Assembly: GCA_040285825.1 (NCBI GenBank)
Contig: JAUPSS010000004.1
Coordinates: 2,646,550-2,710,549 of the forward strand
Direction of reading: 5' to 3'
DNA from: Eukaryota sp. TZLM1-RC
Lineage: Eukaryota > Protista > Metamonada: BaSk clade
DNA: 64,000 bases
Shown here: positions 1-12,876 of the stretch, piece by piece
Numbering within the stretch: position 1 is the first letter of the stretch
Layout: each line of letters begins with the position of its first letter
Made by a program: the position numbers and the translations under genes
Notes under the pieces: generated by a model
The model's input: only the letters and a program-made list of their open reading frames with translations
Told to the model about the DNA's origin: nothing
Database searches by the model: none

Positions 1-19
1 CCAAGTATCATAGCAAGTG

Positions 20-340
20 TTTTCAGTGTTCTATATATGATGTCATTCAACCCTGTTGAGTTACTTTCCTCATTTATGTCCTAATCCTTGGATTTCAATT
101 TTTCGTTGACCAATAGGAGCATACGTTGTTGTTTTCATAGGAACCCGTGGAGCCATTGTTTCGTCCATCATGAGCACAAGTCGAGGATGGTTTTTCTTTA
201 CTCTGCACCAATACTGAATTAGTTTCCACACCAACAGTAAATTCTTTCTCATTGAAGTGCATTCTTTTCAGCGATTTATTGTCTTTGCAATTGATCTACG
301 AAGTCCAGACACTAGTCAGTGTTCCATATTTTCAATGGCA
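20..340 (-). pseudogene. pogo/Tigger-like DDE transposase fragment
   Basis: ORF 70..252 contains LMMDET...TTYAPIGQRKIEIQGLGHK, resembling the first-Asp region of DDE_1 transposases; broken reading frame. Confidence 0.45.
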
Positions 341-1559
341 AATGTAAAAGAATCATGTATTTGTTAAAAAACTGTAAATGAATGGGAGTATGAGTTGATT
401 TTCAAAGAAAACTCTAGATCATGAAGAAGGCCCAGTGAACAAATTCACTCTTTATTACACTTTATCTTTATCATCAAAATAGGAGAGTGTAGCAAGAGCT
501 TCGGTTACAAAGTGGTAAAATTTACATAGTATTGTAGAGTACTTTGGTTATGTAGTGGCGAATTATTTGAAACGATTCAGAGCTGAACTTAAGGAAGGGT
601 TTAAATTTACAAGAATACAAATGGGCGAACTCAGAACCATTTTTTGCTTTGTTGATGTGGGATCATCAGCATTTTCATGAATTTCCAAACGCTTTTGAAG
701 TTTGTTAGTAGTTGAATAATCATTCTATGGTTTCACTTGAAGCTGTTATGTTTTATGGCAGAATTGACATTTTCACTCAGTTGCACAACGCTAATTTTTA
801 TCACTAGGAATTAAAGAAATGCTTGAAAGCGTTGGTGCTACGAAATTTATTCAAATCATCGGTGATGATGCTTGTGGTGGTGGCTGCTGTCGGAACAGTG
901 ATTGGAAAAATTCTAGAATTTCTGCTGTGACGTGCAACTTCCACATGTTGATCCTTTCCTTGAAAATATGAATTTTACATTAGTTACTTTCTTACCGCTA
1001 CGCAAGACATTGTTCATGTTCTGAAAAAACTTCATATAATCATTGACCTATGGAACGCCATTTCGAACTTGCTGAGTATGTGGTGAAAGAACAAAGCACA
1101 ACAACAAACTATTGTTCAAAGTTAACCCGCTTCAAAGGTATGAACAAGTCCAATGCCACCCGATATAAAAAGAGCATCTTGCTTATTGGTTTAACCTTTC
1201 TTTATAAATAATTGTTGTTGAAATTTGCACACTGTTACCAAATAGTGCATTCGTATGAACACACAATATTTACAAATAGCTGGGAATTGTTAAATTGGGA
1301 ACATTTCAAAATGCGCCCAAAATTCCCACTATTTTTTGAACCAATTTTAATCTAGGGTACCATTATTTTGTCTAGGTCCCAGTATTAAACTAACACGCTC
1401 AGACTTGACTCCAAATTGAGTCTAACTCTTTATAAACTTACCATATTCCGAAAAAAAGGACTCACAAAATATGGCAACTAAAAAACTTGGCGAATATTCA
1501 AATCTCTTGTAAAATTCGCCATTAGTTTCCACCGATCATATCTTTTTTAAAAAATTCAA

Positions 1560-2700
1560 AGATTCAAAAGAAGTAGATGTATTTCAAGATCAATAACATA
1601 AAGTTAAACAATAATACCATCCTTTTCTGAAGACAATTCATCTCCATCAATCCATTCCGGTCGATTTGCTGCTTCAAATACAACTTCGTTACCACCATTT
1701 TTTTTTCATCAAACTGTGCTCAAAGGTTTCAATAATCCATTCTCCAATTTTTTGGTTTAATAATGGAAGTGGCTACATCTAAGTTTACATTTTTTGGTTG
1801 AGTACCAGCATTGAAATCTTTGGAGAAGTTTCTCTGGGCACCAAACTGTAAATTTTGACTTCAGTTAATCTTTGAATGGTTTATTTACAGCAACATCCAA
1901 AATAGAAAAATGATGGGTTGCCTTGACATGAATTTCGTAGAAGTCAAGATTGAGTTCTGAGATGAAGGTTTTCAGCTGCTTTATGCTATGAGACCACTGA
2001 TGATCCCAAAAATGTGTAGCTTTGAAGCCATATATTTCCACCTGACCATTTCCCTGAAGCTCTTGACGTTTTTTCATAAGGTATGGCCTACAATTTTTCG
2101 GCTATACTCCAAAGTTGTTTTTTATTTGGAAATTTTGTAGTATTTCGATTCTTTTTACTACTGGGTCCGTTAGCACAATTTACAAGATTAAATTTTTCAA
2201 AGTATTTGTTCAAGAAGCTGCGGTCAGACCAGACCAAATTGTTTGAATGGGTAACAAATTGCCAATTGAGTTCACTATCAATCAGCTTTCGGTCAGTGGT
2301 TGCTTTTCGTTGGCACCAACCCAATTGGTTACGTACAACACATTCGGCCCATTTGGTAGATAAAGTTAATGCTCCACTTTGAAGTTGAGGACCAAGACCC
2401 ATGTGCTTGGCAGTGGCATTCCCAAGACTAACTACGGTCAGTGGGGTCAATTTTCCTCCAGCCTCTCGTGTTGCCTTAATTAAATTCAGCAAAAAAGTAT
2501 TGACGTTGGACGGTAGCAAAGTTGGTCTTCCTTTTCTAGGTCTATCATAAAAGAGCTTCTTGCATTTTTCTTTTAAATTTTCTTCCTTAATCTTCTTCAT
2601 TACGCACAAGGCTTGAATTTTGTCAAATTCATTAATCAATTTTTTCCAAAATGATTCATCAAAACTGATTCTAGGAAGCAACTCACAAGTTTCCTAAAAA
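1560..2700 (-). mobile_element. degenerate pogo/Tigger-like transposase remnant
   Basis: ORF 2088..2681 has GRPTLL and a CENPB-HTH-like LSTKWAECVVRNQLGWCQRKATT; ORF 1865..2077 ends ILDVAVNKPFKD, the DDE_1 LQPLDVxVNKPFK motif; internal deletions and frameshifts. Confidence 0.6.
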
Positions 2701-3519
2701 GAAGCAAAATCATGTCATTTTTTTGTCAAAACAATGTCTGAAAAAGGCTGTCAGTGTCAATAATGGTTTAGATCTTTTGATTTTGAACATAAAACCTTTT
2801 AAATTGAAGTTTAAATACATCAATAGTCAATGACGACACAACAGCGGAATCGACTAGGGCCTGCATTTCGGTTCTCCAGCGTCCAACAGTTGTGTTGGTT
2901 AATGATAAATGAGTAAACTTTCTAAAAGCATCAGCGATTCAATTTTTCGGATGCGAGACAAGCTATAAGGCAACATGAAACTTATTTTCACAAGAATTGC
3001 AATTGTACACAAAAGGTGATGACAATTTTGGTAAGATATTGAAGTTTAAATTTGAATGAGAATTTGAAGGATTAATAACATGAGAAAATTGGCATGTCAA
3101 AGCACCAACATCATCTAAATAGTATAGCAAGTAGATGTTCATCTGCGTCCAAGACAGTGACAATTTTCGGGGGGGGGATTCAACTTGCAATGACTCAATG
3201 AGCACTCTTACTTGGAAGTCATGAGAAGACGTTTGCGGTTGTTGAACATGTGAGATCCAGGTTTTGGCGCAAAAGGATGACGTTATATAAATTTTCCACG
3301 CAATGAATTAAATTTGTGAAGTTGGAAAATATCATCTTTTTCAAAAATCAGTAATTGCGTAAGTGTATTATTTGGTTATTTGGAAGCGATTACTTAAGTC
3401 CGGTTCGAATCTTGACGTCGAATTCTTTCTTAATTAAATGAAATAAAATAAATAAAATTAAATCTGTTCAATAACTACTTCCAATCAATTAAGAGGGAAT
3501 CTCTCAATATGATTAAAAC

Positions 3520-4670
3520 CAGGGCTTGTCAAAATCGAATCGTCGATTAATCGTCTGGTCATATCTTTGTCCGATGGATTATTGCGATTATCTCGATTAA
3601 TCTTAGCTTAATCGGTGATTAACAAACAAATTAGTCTACAAAAAAATGATCAAAAAATTATTTATAAATACTGCCATAAATAAACAAATGACTAGTTCTT
3701 AGGTTCCTGATTATCTTCTTCACTCCACTCATCACGACAGATACTTCTTAAAGACTGAAGGCCCCACAATTCTCTATTATACTTCAAGAACAGCAAATTC
3801 AAAGAAAGTGCAAATTCAGATTGCACTTTGACACTGAGTGTGGAGTCAAACCAATGGTCGTTTTTGCTAGAGAAAACAATCTCTCGACCTCGTTGCTAGT
3901 TGGACAGACAAACGATAGGTCAATATATTGAGACCAACTTTTTTGACAACTCTCGTGCTTCTCGTCTTTGACTGAAAGTTCTCTTGCGAGACACTTCTGC
4001 TACGTCTTCTTGGTTCACATCCTTTCTGAATCGAGTCAATGATTCTGCTTCCTCGAGTGTTAAGGATTGTTCTTCTCCTCCACGAACTTTCAGCACCGCA
4101 TTCTCAAAAAGACCAAATTCTTCATTTATGGCAGCACCTACAGAAATATAGTGGTTCATTGTAGGATAGTCCTTGTGTTGTGCATCGATGATTGTGATCA
4201 CGTCAGCAATTGACAGGTTTCTCTCCTGCAATGCATTGTTGACTACTTCCAGATCAGGAACAAGCAGCAAAAATGCATGTAGATTTCGTTCAGCAGTTGG
4301 AGATAGCATTAACTGTATGATCTCATCGTCCATCGTCTTCATGACACCATAAAGTTCAAATTAGGATCGTGCCATATCGAATTTGGGAAGTCCAGCGTGT
4401 AGTGTTGGCACGCTTTGATCAGCAAAATTCAAAATCATGGCGGCCTTGCTGCTGCATAATCGTTTAAATAAATGGTCAATGAATTCAAGATTGTGTCTGT
4501 GATTCCTCACTCATTATTCTTTCATTATACACCTATAATAAGTACAACTCAACTTCTGCATCTAGAAAATATACACAAAAACATTAATATTATTTAAATA
4601 ACCACAATAAATAATCGGCGATTAATCGTCGATTTTTTATCCGCTAGCGATTCGATTTTGACAAGCCCTG
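3520..4670 (-). mobile_element. non-autonomous (internally deleted) hAT DNA transposon
   Basis: 23-bp TIR CAGGGCTTGTCAAAATCGAATCG at 3520 and its reverse complement ending at 4670; perfect 8-bp TSD ATTAAAAC (3512-3519 and 4671-4678); hAT dimerisation motif CPTSNEVERLFS on the minus strand near 3870-3910. Confidence 0.9.
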
Positions 4671-5062
4671 ATTAAAACCATAGAAGTAGCACTATAACTT
4701 AGTTTAATTAGTGAGTTTGGGGAAAGGAAGTCATTTTTGTGATTGATTGTGAAACAGAACAACACAACGATTGTATATTCATTAAAACAATTTTTATTTG
4801 AATAACTGAAGTAACAGCATCGTATTATTGTTACATATTATCAATTCGGAATACTGAATAAATAATATAAACTATAAATAAAAATAAAATCAATAAAATA
4901 ATTCAGATTAGAATAATCAATAATCTAAAATATCAAAAAAATAAATAAATAAAATATATCAAAGAAAGAATAATAAATAATGTAAAATATAAGCAAAAAT
5001 AAAATAAATAAGATAAACAATATAATTACAATATGAGGAACGTTCAAAAGAATTTTCAATGA

Positions 5063-5780
5063 TCAGTATTCACTCTTATCGACAAATTTAATTAGCAATA
5101 ATTCTATAATATGAGCGTATTGGACGGCTCTCCCTACGGAGTTCTTAGACATTTGTAATCTATTTATAATGGCAAATTGAATCCGAGAACGCCATAAAAA
5201 AGCAAATCTTTTCATTGTTTTTTCTTTCACCATTTTTTGGAAGTCATTCAAAAAAGTTTCTGCTTCAACTGATAAACTTCCGTTTATCGAAAATGGGAAA
5301 GCAATAAAAACTAGCTGTGTATTTCTACCAGCATTAGCTTCGTCAATATCTTTATTATATTTTATATGTTTTTCTTTACTCACAGGATTAAGTTTTCTTC
5401 TGTGAACCAAAGTATGATTTGCAATATTACATGAGACAAAGTCAACAATATTTTCAGAGTTATCAATTCAATCACAGTATACATCACCTCTATCATTAGA
5501 AGCAGAATTATTCAGAAAAAGTGTTTCCTTCAGCAGAGGCTCTTTGATACATGATATTCTTGCAGTTTGTGCCATATTGAAAACAGTGTCTCTAACAGCA
5601 TCATGTAATGAAGAACGACAAGTTATCAATTTAGAGCAATTTAGAGCATGGCGCAAAGTGAGTTGAGGTAAATTCGAACAAATACATTTTTCTGTTGATG
5701 ATAATTGATTAATGGGGTTATCCAAATATAATCTCAGTTTTGTTACAAACCCTTCATTAGTAGCACACAATCCCAATCTA
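5063..5780 (-). mobile_element. RLE-type non-LTR retrotransposon 3' fragment (family B)
   Basis: C-x-C...HALNC zinc motif, RSSLHDAVRD, RGDVYCD (PD-(D/E)xK-like) and EKHIKY; frameshifted; homologous to 27977-28700 and 53290-53795. Confidence 0.75.
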
Positions 5781-5840
5781 CACTCACTTGTTATGCCAAT
5801 GTTTGTTGTGTTCTTTGTGTTTCAGTTCTGAAACGGAAAA

Positions 5841-5992
5841 GCGGCCGCCAGGAATCGAACCCGGATCTGAATGTTTTTTTTGTTATCAGGAGGGAGGAAC
5901 AGTTTCAAAAAAAGGGAGGAACAGAGTTCCTTATCAGGGATGACGAATCATGATAGATGAAGTATCCTGTCTTTCCACTAGACGACAGTCGA
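5841..5992 (-). pseudogene. possible interrupted tRNA pseudogene
   Basis: Minus strand has a D-arm-like GTCT-AGTGGAA-AGAC (about 5968-5983) and a T-arm/acceptor-like CCGGGTTCGATTCCTGG-CGGCCGC (5841-5864), separated by about 90 extra nt; anticodon not assignable. Confidence 0.3.
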
Positions 5993-6829
5993 TGCCTTTA
6001 AAATAATCAACATAATTTGACGAATTTTATTAGGGAAAATTGCATCAAACAACCCCATTTCTCCCTTTCGCGAACAAGAAATTCCCATTTTCATATCTTA
6101 CAAACATTCCTTTCCCAACAAGAGCGAGTTGATATATAGAGTTTGAAAATACGCCCTGCAAATCAACAAGCAGTTCGTACCTTTCAAGGGAAACAACACC
6201 ACCAGATAAGCTGTTAATTACTCCGATACGTGAAACAAATGCTGGAACTGTAACTTTTATTGAACACCACAACAGCGGAGTATTTACAAGATGTTTCATG
6301 GCTTTAGGTGCTTCTGAATAACAGTGATGTGTTAGAATTGATACAAGACCACAGATCCTCTATTGAAAACACAGAACGTGTTGGAACTGATGGAAACCAG
6401 AAACTCTTTATTTAAGAAACAAGATATGAAACAGTACCAGAAGAATATGCACAGGACTTTATTGAACAACCCAGAGATCAAGATGAAGGTGAAGCAAAGA
6501 CTACTGCGTCAAAAAAGCGTAGTTATCGCTGTGGCAACTGCTTGATGTCAGGTCATAGGGCTCCTCAGTGTCCAAATCCAAGAAAAGACACGAAGGAAAA
6601 ACGAAGATATTGGTGTTCAAAGTGTGGTCAAGGTCATAAAGCAAATAATTGTAGCAGGGATCTGAATCAATAATATATCAATTGATTTCGTGTCAACAAG
6701 TGTTTCTGGTTGGATTTTGAAAATGCAAATGCATTTGAGGTTGGGAAATTGAATGAAAATTGAAATTGACAGATGTTGGATTTTGAAAACTGAAATTGCG
6801 TTTGGTGTATTTTGTCGATTTGTCACTAT

Positions 6830-8130
6830 CCAACGCCGAAAAACAGAAGCTAAAAAATATGAAGAACAATTGGTACATTTAGATAGAGTCGAACATGTTA
6901 AATATCAGTTTGTGCCTTGTTCTATTTTTCTTTTTGGCACTATTGGGTTTTCAGGACTGCATTGTTTTGAAAATTATAAAACAGTTCCGCCAAAAAGATG
7001 TCGTAAAAATTTCATCTTGCTGTTTGAATTTTTTTAATTATCAATTTAATTAAAAACCTATAAATCAACATCTAAAAAATCCATCTCTTCCAAAACAAAA
7101 CAACTAGATGCAATCTGTGTGCATTCTATTTGATTACAATTGTTTTTTGCATTTTCAGGTCTATTCCAACAATGATTTCTAAAGCCCTTTTTGCTTTTGC
7201 CAAAAAAATCTTCCAGTACGTTGTTTCACAATTTCAACAAAAGAAAAAGCAAGAGGTCTCAGTGAGCCATGAAAGGAAACTGCAAATGGACACAGGACAT
7301 AATGCGTATGCGATTCTGCATTCAATGATAACAATTTTGCTTTGTATTTGTCATTTTTGGCTTTGTTGGAAACAAATAAAAAACCTTTATATTTTAATTG
7401 AGCCATTGGTATTAAGGAATCATTACACACATCAATTGTTATTACATCCGTAATAATGGTAGTACCTTCAAGATCTTCAAACGTTAAATCACCCCTATTT
7501 CGACCAAACAAATTCAAAGTATCTTCACCATTCAAACGGGAGAGTGCTGGTGCTATATAGGAAATGATTCTATGTGAATTTGACCAACAATAGAGTTGAT
7601 CTCTTACTGCATCATGAACTTTTGATCGGAAAGTACTAAAATGTTTACAATTGAATAGATGATTTGGAGAAATTTTTGATCCACATTTACAAATCAATTT
7701 ATGTGGCAGGTTATCAGGCCAAATGAAACAACGAAAGCGCATTGTACAAGAAAACTCGGTATCATCCAAAAAAGACCATAAATTTGAGAAATATGAGTAA
7801 TTTAACACGAAGAGGAACTGTTTTTGGGCATCTAACAAAAAATTTGCGAAAGCAGGATTATCTTCTTTGGCCGAGCCAAGACGAACATCCAAATCTTCAA
7901 AAATTATTGTTAACTTTTGTTGCAATTTTTTAACACAATACCTCAAATTAACTAGTGTTCTAGATGGTATTTCTTGAACATTGTCAGGAAAACATTTACT
8001 CCAGATTTCCAAGGGCAAACAATCAAAGGAGTTTTCAAGGTCTCTGAGATAATTATTGCTTGTAAAATTCAATAAATCATCATCATTGAGAAAACGGTTG
8101 CAAAATTCAAAAACAAAATTTTCCCTTCAC
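6830..8130. mobile_element. rearranged cluster of RLE non-LTR fragments (family A on +, family C on -)
   Basis: 6830-7000 and 7120-7200 match the 3' end of 18617-19969; ORF 7179..8072 has CKCG..HLFNC, RSKVHDAVRD and RGDL motifs; 7035-7110 matches the family C 3' end (FLDVDL). Confidence 0.75.
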
Positions 8131-8199
8131 CAAGAACAGCAGCTTGACAGAGAATAGACGATTTAGTGAAATTAACAGTGAGTTCAATAAATCAGCGTG

Positions 8200-9150
8200 G
8201 CACCTTTTTGCTTTCGCGAATGAAAAAAACGCATTTTTTGTTGATTTTGAGGACCATTTCTTAAAAACAAATTCTCATTACTCCAATATCACCTTATCTT
8301 TCCTTCTTCTCTTCTGTCATGCCTCGCAAACGAGACATCGCTTGGGATTACGTCATAGAACTTTCCTGTGATGACTCTGACCCAGATTGTACAATAAATC
8401 TTGATTCGCCCGAAGTTATTCCTATTGAAAAAATTATACACACCAATGTGTTTATTGCTCCTTGAAGTACACTCCAGGTTCCGCTACGCGCATCAAAGAC
8501 CATATTGTGGGAGTTCCACCAGGAGAGAGAAGCAACATCTCTGTTTGCATGGAGGCTCCCAGAAAAACAATAATGAAACCTTTAAATACTCAGCTTGACA
8601 CACTATCTTCTGCAAAGAAACGGCTCTCTTTTATATCTCAAGGTACTCCTATAAAAAACCATTAGATAAATTTTTTTAGGAGAAAGAAAATTTTAATGCT
8701 ATGATCTGGTGGCAGCACTTTGGTTGTGACGCACCTGAGCTTCAGAGTGGTGTCCCAATTTGTGTCTGCTTCTGCAAATGAGAGATTGTGGAGTCTACAT
8801 GATTGGATTCATTCTAAGCGTAGAAAAAATTCTAAAAAAATTCTAAGCGTAGACTCACTGAAGTGCGTGTAAACAAATTAATAGCAGTGTATGATTTCCT
8901 GGCAAGTTGTCGTCAAGAAGAAGATTCTGAAGAAGACAACAAGACGGAAGATTGTATCGAAATATTGAATGTTTGCTGTCAGCTGTTAGAAGAAGAAGAT
9001 TGAGAGTCCTAGTTTCTAAGGCAATGAACTGATCTATTGTTGGTGTTTTAGTTTTACAATAAATTATAGTTACAATGTGTTTATTTGTTACATATAGTAT
9101 GGAAGTTCATCCAAATTAGAATATTCATTTGAAAAAAGCGCAGCCCTGAC
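8200..9150 (+). mobile_element. degenerate hAT element (BED finger and dimerisation-domain remnants)
   Basis: Broken frames give MPRKRDIAWDYV and GSATRIKDHI (BED-like), plus WWQHFG..APEL..SASANERLWSLHDWIHSKRR (hAT C-terminal dimerisation motif). Confidence 0.6.
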
Positions 9151-9248
9151 GAAAAATACGCGTTTTTTCAAAAAAACGCATTTTCGTTGGGGGTGCAACT
9201 CTGCAATAAATATCTATACTCTACTTTTTCTATTCTTCCCACTCATTG

Positions 9249-10640
9249 ATGTCATTCACTGTCCAACCAACACCACCCCCTATCACACCAAGGGACTATG
9301 TCACAGAAGGAGGTCTTCAACACTTACGTGTTCTTTTTCCTCATGTTCCAATGAGTCAAATCACTAAAATTTATCACAAGCACAAAGGAGATCACGGAAA
9401 AGCATCATCTGAATTGAACAACTTGTCAAAGATACAAGGAAGAAAAACAGCAAATCGTCGCCTCACTAAAGACCAAAAGAAACAATTGGCACTACTACGG
9501 AAAGATTTCCCACAAGTACAACCCAATCAAGTACAGATTGTGTACAGACAGGCCAACTTTGATGTAAAATTGGCCACGGACCGACTCAATGAGAGGAGGA
9601 AAACCATAGAACAGACTCAGCCAGCAACCAAATTAAGCAGAACCAATCAAGATCATCCCTACATCAACGAAGATACAGAAAGAATGGACAAACCGATACA
9701 AGGAAATGAAGCTGTTTATGATGTAAATGAACAGATGAAGCTCCAAGACCATGGCCTAACTGAACAATTAGCCAACAGAGACGCTGAAAACCAAGAATTA
9801 ATATTACAAACGTCAAGACTCAATTATGGTAAAACAGATAATGCTACCATTGACTTACATTCCACACTTCCACAGCTGCTATCTAGTGGTAAACTGAGTG
9901 ACCAACGGTTAGTTTTCAAAGGAAAGACTTACAATTCTCATAGAGCCATTTTATCACTTTTTTCTGGTTATTTTGAAATGTGTTTTTCTAAACAATTTGT
10001 AGATTCAGAGGAGCATGAGTATGATCTAAGCGATGATTTGCCAGTTTCTAATGAAATTTTTGAAAATGTTTTGAATTATTTGTATGGACAAGAAGTCATT
10101 TTGAATGTTGATAATTGTTACGAAATTATGTATTGTGCAAGATTCCTCAAAATTCAATGTTTGTATGAAAAATCTCTTAAAATTATTCAGGATAATATTC
10201 ATTTTTCTGGTTTTCTTATCTCTTTATATATCAAAGCAGAAGAGCGTGGTGATCACCAAATTTTCCGGGAACTGACAGGGCAAACAGAAGGCGATATTCC
10301 TTCTTGTTTCATTAAATTACTACCCAATGTGCAAGATTTTCACTCTTTATCGCCTGTGAATCTTAGGAAAACAATCTTGCAGTTCCTAGTTACCACTGAA
10401 TATAACAATTCAATCTTTATTGAATGGCTAGTCAAGTCACTAGTGAAGTCGTATTTAGAAGCAACAAGCGAATGGTCTAGCCCAGAATTTGGTGAATTGC
10501 TAAACTCTATTAATGTCTCAAGCTTGACTGCTTCAAAGTGGCGAACTTTGGTTGTTGATAAGTTGGTTGAGCACAAAGAACTTGAAGTTATCATTTCCTT
10601 GTTCTTTGTCAAAACAGTTTTGCCGTCGTGTGACTCTTAA
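9249..10640 (+). CDS. BTB/POZ-domain protein with N-terminal CUE-like repeats
   Basis: ATG at 9249 (the track's 9246 is TTG); LSDQRLVFKGKTYNSHRAILSLFSGYFEMCF...FENVLNYLY is a BTB motif; LRVLFPHV and LRKDFPQV resemble CUE motifs. Confidence 0.8.
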   Translation: MSFTVQPTPPPITPRDYVTEGGLQHLRVLFPHVPMSQITKIYHKHKGDHGKASSELNNLSKIQGRKTANRRLTKDQKKQLALLRKDFPQVQPNQVQIVYRQANFDVKLATDRLNERRKTIEQTQPATKLSRTNQDHPYINEDTERMDKPIQGNEAVYDVNEQMKLQDHGLTEQLANRDAENQELILQTSRLNYGKTDNATIDLHSTLPQLLSSGKLSDQRLVFKGKTYNSHRAILSLFSGYFEMCFSKQFVDSEEHEYDLSDDLPVSNEIFENVLNYLYGQEVILNVDNCYEIMYCARFLKIQCLYEKSLKIIQDNIHFSGFLISLYIKAEERGDHQIFRELTGQTEGDIPSCFIKLLPNVQDFHSLSPVNLRKTILQFLVTTEYNNSIFIEWLVKSLVKSYLEATSEWSSPEFGELLNSINVSSLTASKWRTLVVDKLVEHKELEVIISLFFVKTVLPSCDS

Positions 10641-10924
10641 TTTTGGGTAAATGAGATCAAAGGTTCTGCTAGCATTGTACACAGCGTTCAGCCATTTAGA
10701 GCGATTTTATCCTTTTTTATCGTAATTTGTATTGTTCATTTAAACCAATTTTCAAATTTTTTCATATTTGCTGATTACATCCCGATTTGAAAGTGAATCT
10801 AAATGGGAAAGTCCATGTTCACATGTAGCATCGTTTCCAACGGCATTTGTTGTCATCATTTATGAAAGTGAGCACAACGGTGTTTGATTACAATGATGGT
10901 GAAATTTAGTTCAACAACGACTTT

Positions 10925-11430
10925 TCACCAATGGACCACTGCAATGAGAATGAGATGTTTTCTATGGCCTTGTTCTTTACCAAATGATTTAATTTGTCGC
11001 TGCAAGAGTGTGGTTACGTTTCTTCATATTTTAAACTGTAAGTATTTTATAACTTATCGCTCAATTGTTCATGACTCAGTTCGTGATCAATTATATGCCA
11101 TGTGCAAAAGTTTCAATATAGAGGCATTTATTGAGCCACTAGTACGTAAGCTGTCTGCAGATCAAACTGATGATTCTTTTGGTAAAAGAAGGGCAGATTT
11201 GGTAGCTTCAGGGATCGATGGTGTTCTCAATGTTGTGGATGTTGTCTCAGTTGATGTTTGCATTCAAACATCAAAACTGCAAATGGACAGAAGACATAAT
11301 GAGTATGCGATTCTGCATTCAAGGATAGCAATTTTGCTTTATATTTGTCAATTTTGTCTTTTTCGGAAACAGTTAAGGGGTCCCTATATTTTGATTGAGC
11401 CATTGGCATAAATGAATCATCACACATCCG
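10925..11430. mobile_element. RLE non-LTR fragments: family A (+, 10925-11265) joined to family C (-, 11270-11430)
   Basis: Near-identical to 19243-19580, then switches to sequence resembling 7275-7435. Confidence 0.75.
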
Positions 11431-12131
11431 TTAGAGAAGCGTCTACGAGTCAGCATTTAGGTCAAGATTCTGAAGAGAAATTGTTGACTGAATGATTTTC
11501 GTCCCATTAGCTCTGAGTTTATTTTGTTAAGTGTGGAAGTTCAATTAAAACGTTTAGGTTTAATGATGAATCACTTGGATCAGTAAAAATTGTTGAATGG
11601 AAAAACATTCAGAACAGTTAATCAGCTTGTCAAACAACTTTTTCTTAAAGTCAATTAGGGACTGAATGTGAAAGTACGCTGTACGTGTCTAAACAATACC
11701 AGGAAATAACCTCATAACTTCACAAAAAGTAATGAAAATCATCAGTTCTACCATAATTTAATGGCATATTAGTTCTTCTAAATGTGGGCACCAATTGTAC
11801 ATGGAAAATCAATACACTTTGATTCATCAACTCCATGTACTGGTTTTGATTGCTTGCAGAAGTTCTGTTTGTGTGGTTTCCTCAATTTAGTATGATTTTA
11901 ATCAATAAATTTAATAAAGAGCCAATACAATCAAAACATGGTTGATACAGATACAGCCATGATACCAGAGGAGTCCCAATGTCGACATTGTAGTTTGAAG
12001 CCGTAACACTAACAAGATGTGTTTCTTTAGAGAAAATGGGTATTCAAAGATTCGGTATTTATCTTAGGTGAGAAAGCACAGATACAATACAGATCTAGTA
12101 ACCAACTAATCCTCGTCCGGTACATAACTTA

Positions 12132-12572
12132 TCAAACACTTGTACTGTGGAGAGAGTTTTTCTCAATGGCATTTTGAATGGTATCATGTTCAAACTGTAT
12201 ATACTCTGCTGTTTCCTCCAAATAACTGTCCATTTCATCTATAGTTTTATTCCTATCAAATTCGTCCACGTTAAAGGGTTCAATATCTGCTGGAGGTTTG
12301 CTGTAAGGTGAGTGAGACTGGACTACATCATCCCACACATGATGGCAAGCTAATAGATATGCATCTCGTTCATAAAAGCATTTATAGAGTGTTTCTTCCT
12401 CGTTTTCGGTATGTCTTCCAAGATCGTGAAGCATAGAGCGAACAACTTGGTATATACCTTGATTTCCTCTATCTTGATTGAAGTTTAATTCTTCCTCCGA
12501 AGAAGAGGTTTGTTCATGGTTCTTCAGTTTGCAAGGACGTTGCCCTTGACTGGAATCGTGACGTGATGCCAT
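12132..12572 (-). CDS. hypothetical protein (146 aa)
   Basis: Clean ATG-initiated ORF with acidic composition; no recognised motif. Confidence 0.5.
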   Translation of the reverse strand: MASRHDSSQGQRPCKLKNHEQTSSSEEELNFNQDRGNQGIYQVVRSMLHDLGRHTENEEETLYKCFYERDAYLLACHHVWDDVVQSHSPYSKPPADIEPFNVDEFDRNKTIDEMDSYLEETAEYIQFEHDTIQNAIEKNSLHSTSV

Positions 12573-12876
12573 TTGTTATTGTTAAATTCAGTTTTCAAAT
12601 TTCAGTTACTGTTAGAGAACAGTAGAAGTGGATTTGACCAAATTGATTTGCTGAAACGACGATCATCTGCAAGTAAATGAAGTGAGTTTATTATTAGCAA
12701 ATGCTAAAAGTTATTTGTTATTCACATGTTTGAGTTTGGTTTCTGAAGAAAAATTAATAATTATGAAAATTATTTCCTGTCGAATTTTACTAAATTCACC
12801 TAGAAGTTATTGTATGGCATTGGGTCATGAAATGAATAATCTTTTCGAAGCAGCAACCACACAATGAGTTACCATT

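Noticed and set aside
750-1000. Possible hAT (DUF659-like) fragment FIQIIGDDAC..TCNFH
   Set aside because: Too degraded to delimit or call with confidence
3360-3425. GGTTCGAATC T-loop-like motif
   Set aside because: No convincing cloverleaf could be built
4850-5040. Extremely A/T-rich tract
   Set aside because: Low-complexity sequence, probably the 3' UTR or tail of the adjacent non-LTR fragment
6500-6600. Isolated zinc knuckle YRCGNCLMSGHRAPQC
   Set aside because: Short frameshifted remnant; parent element not assignable
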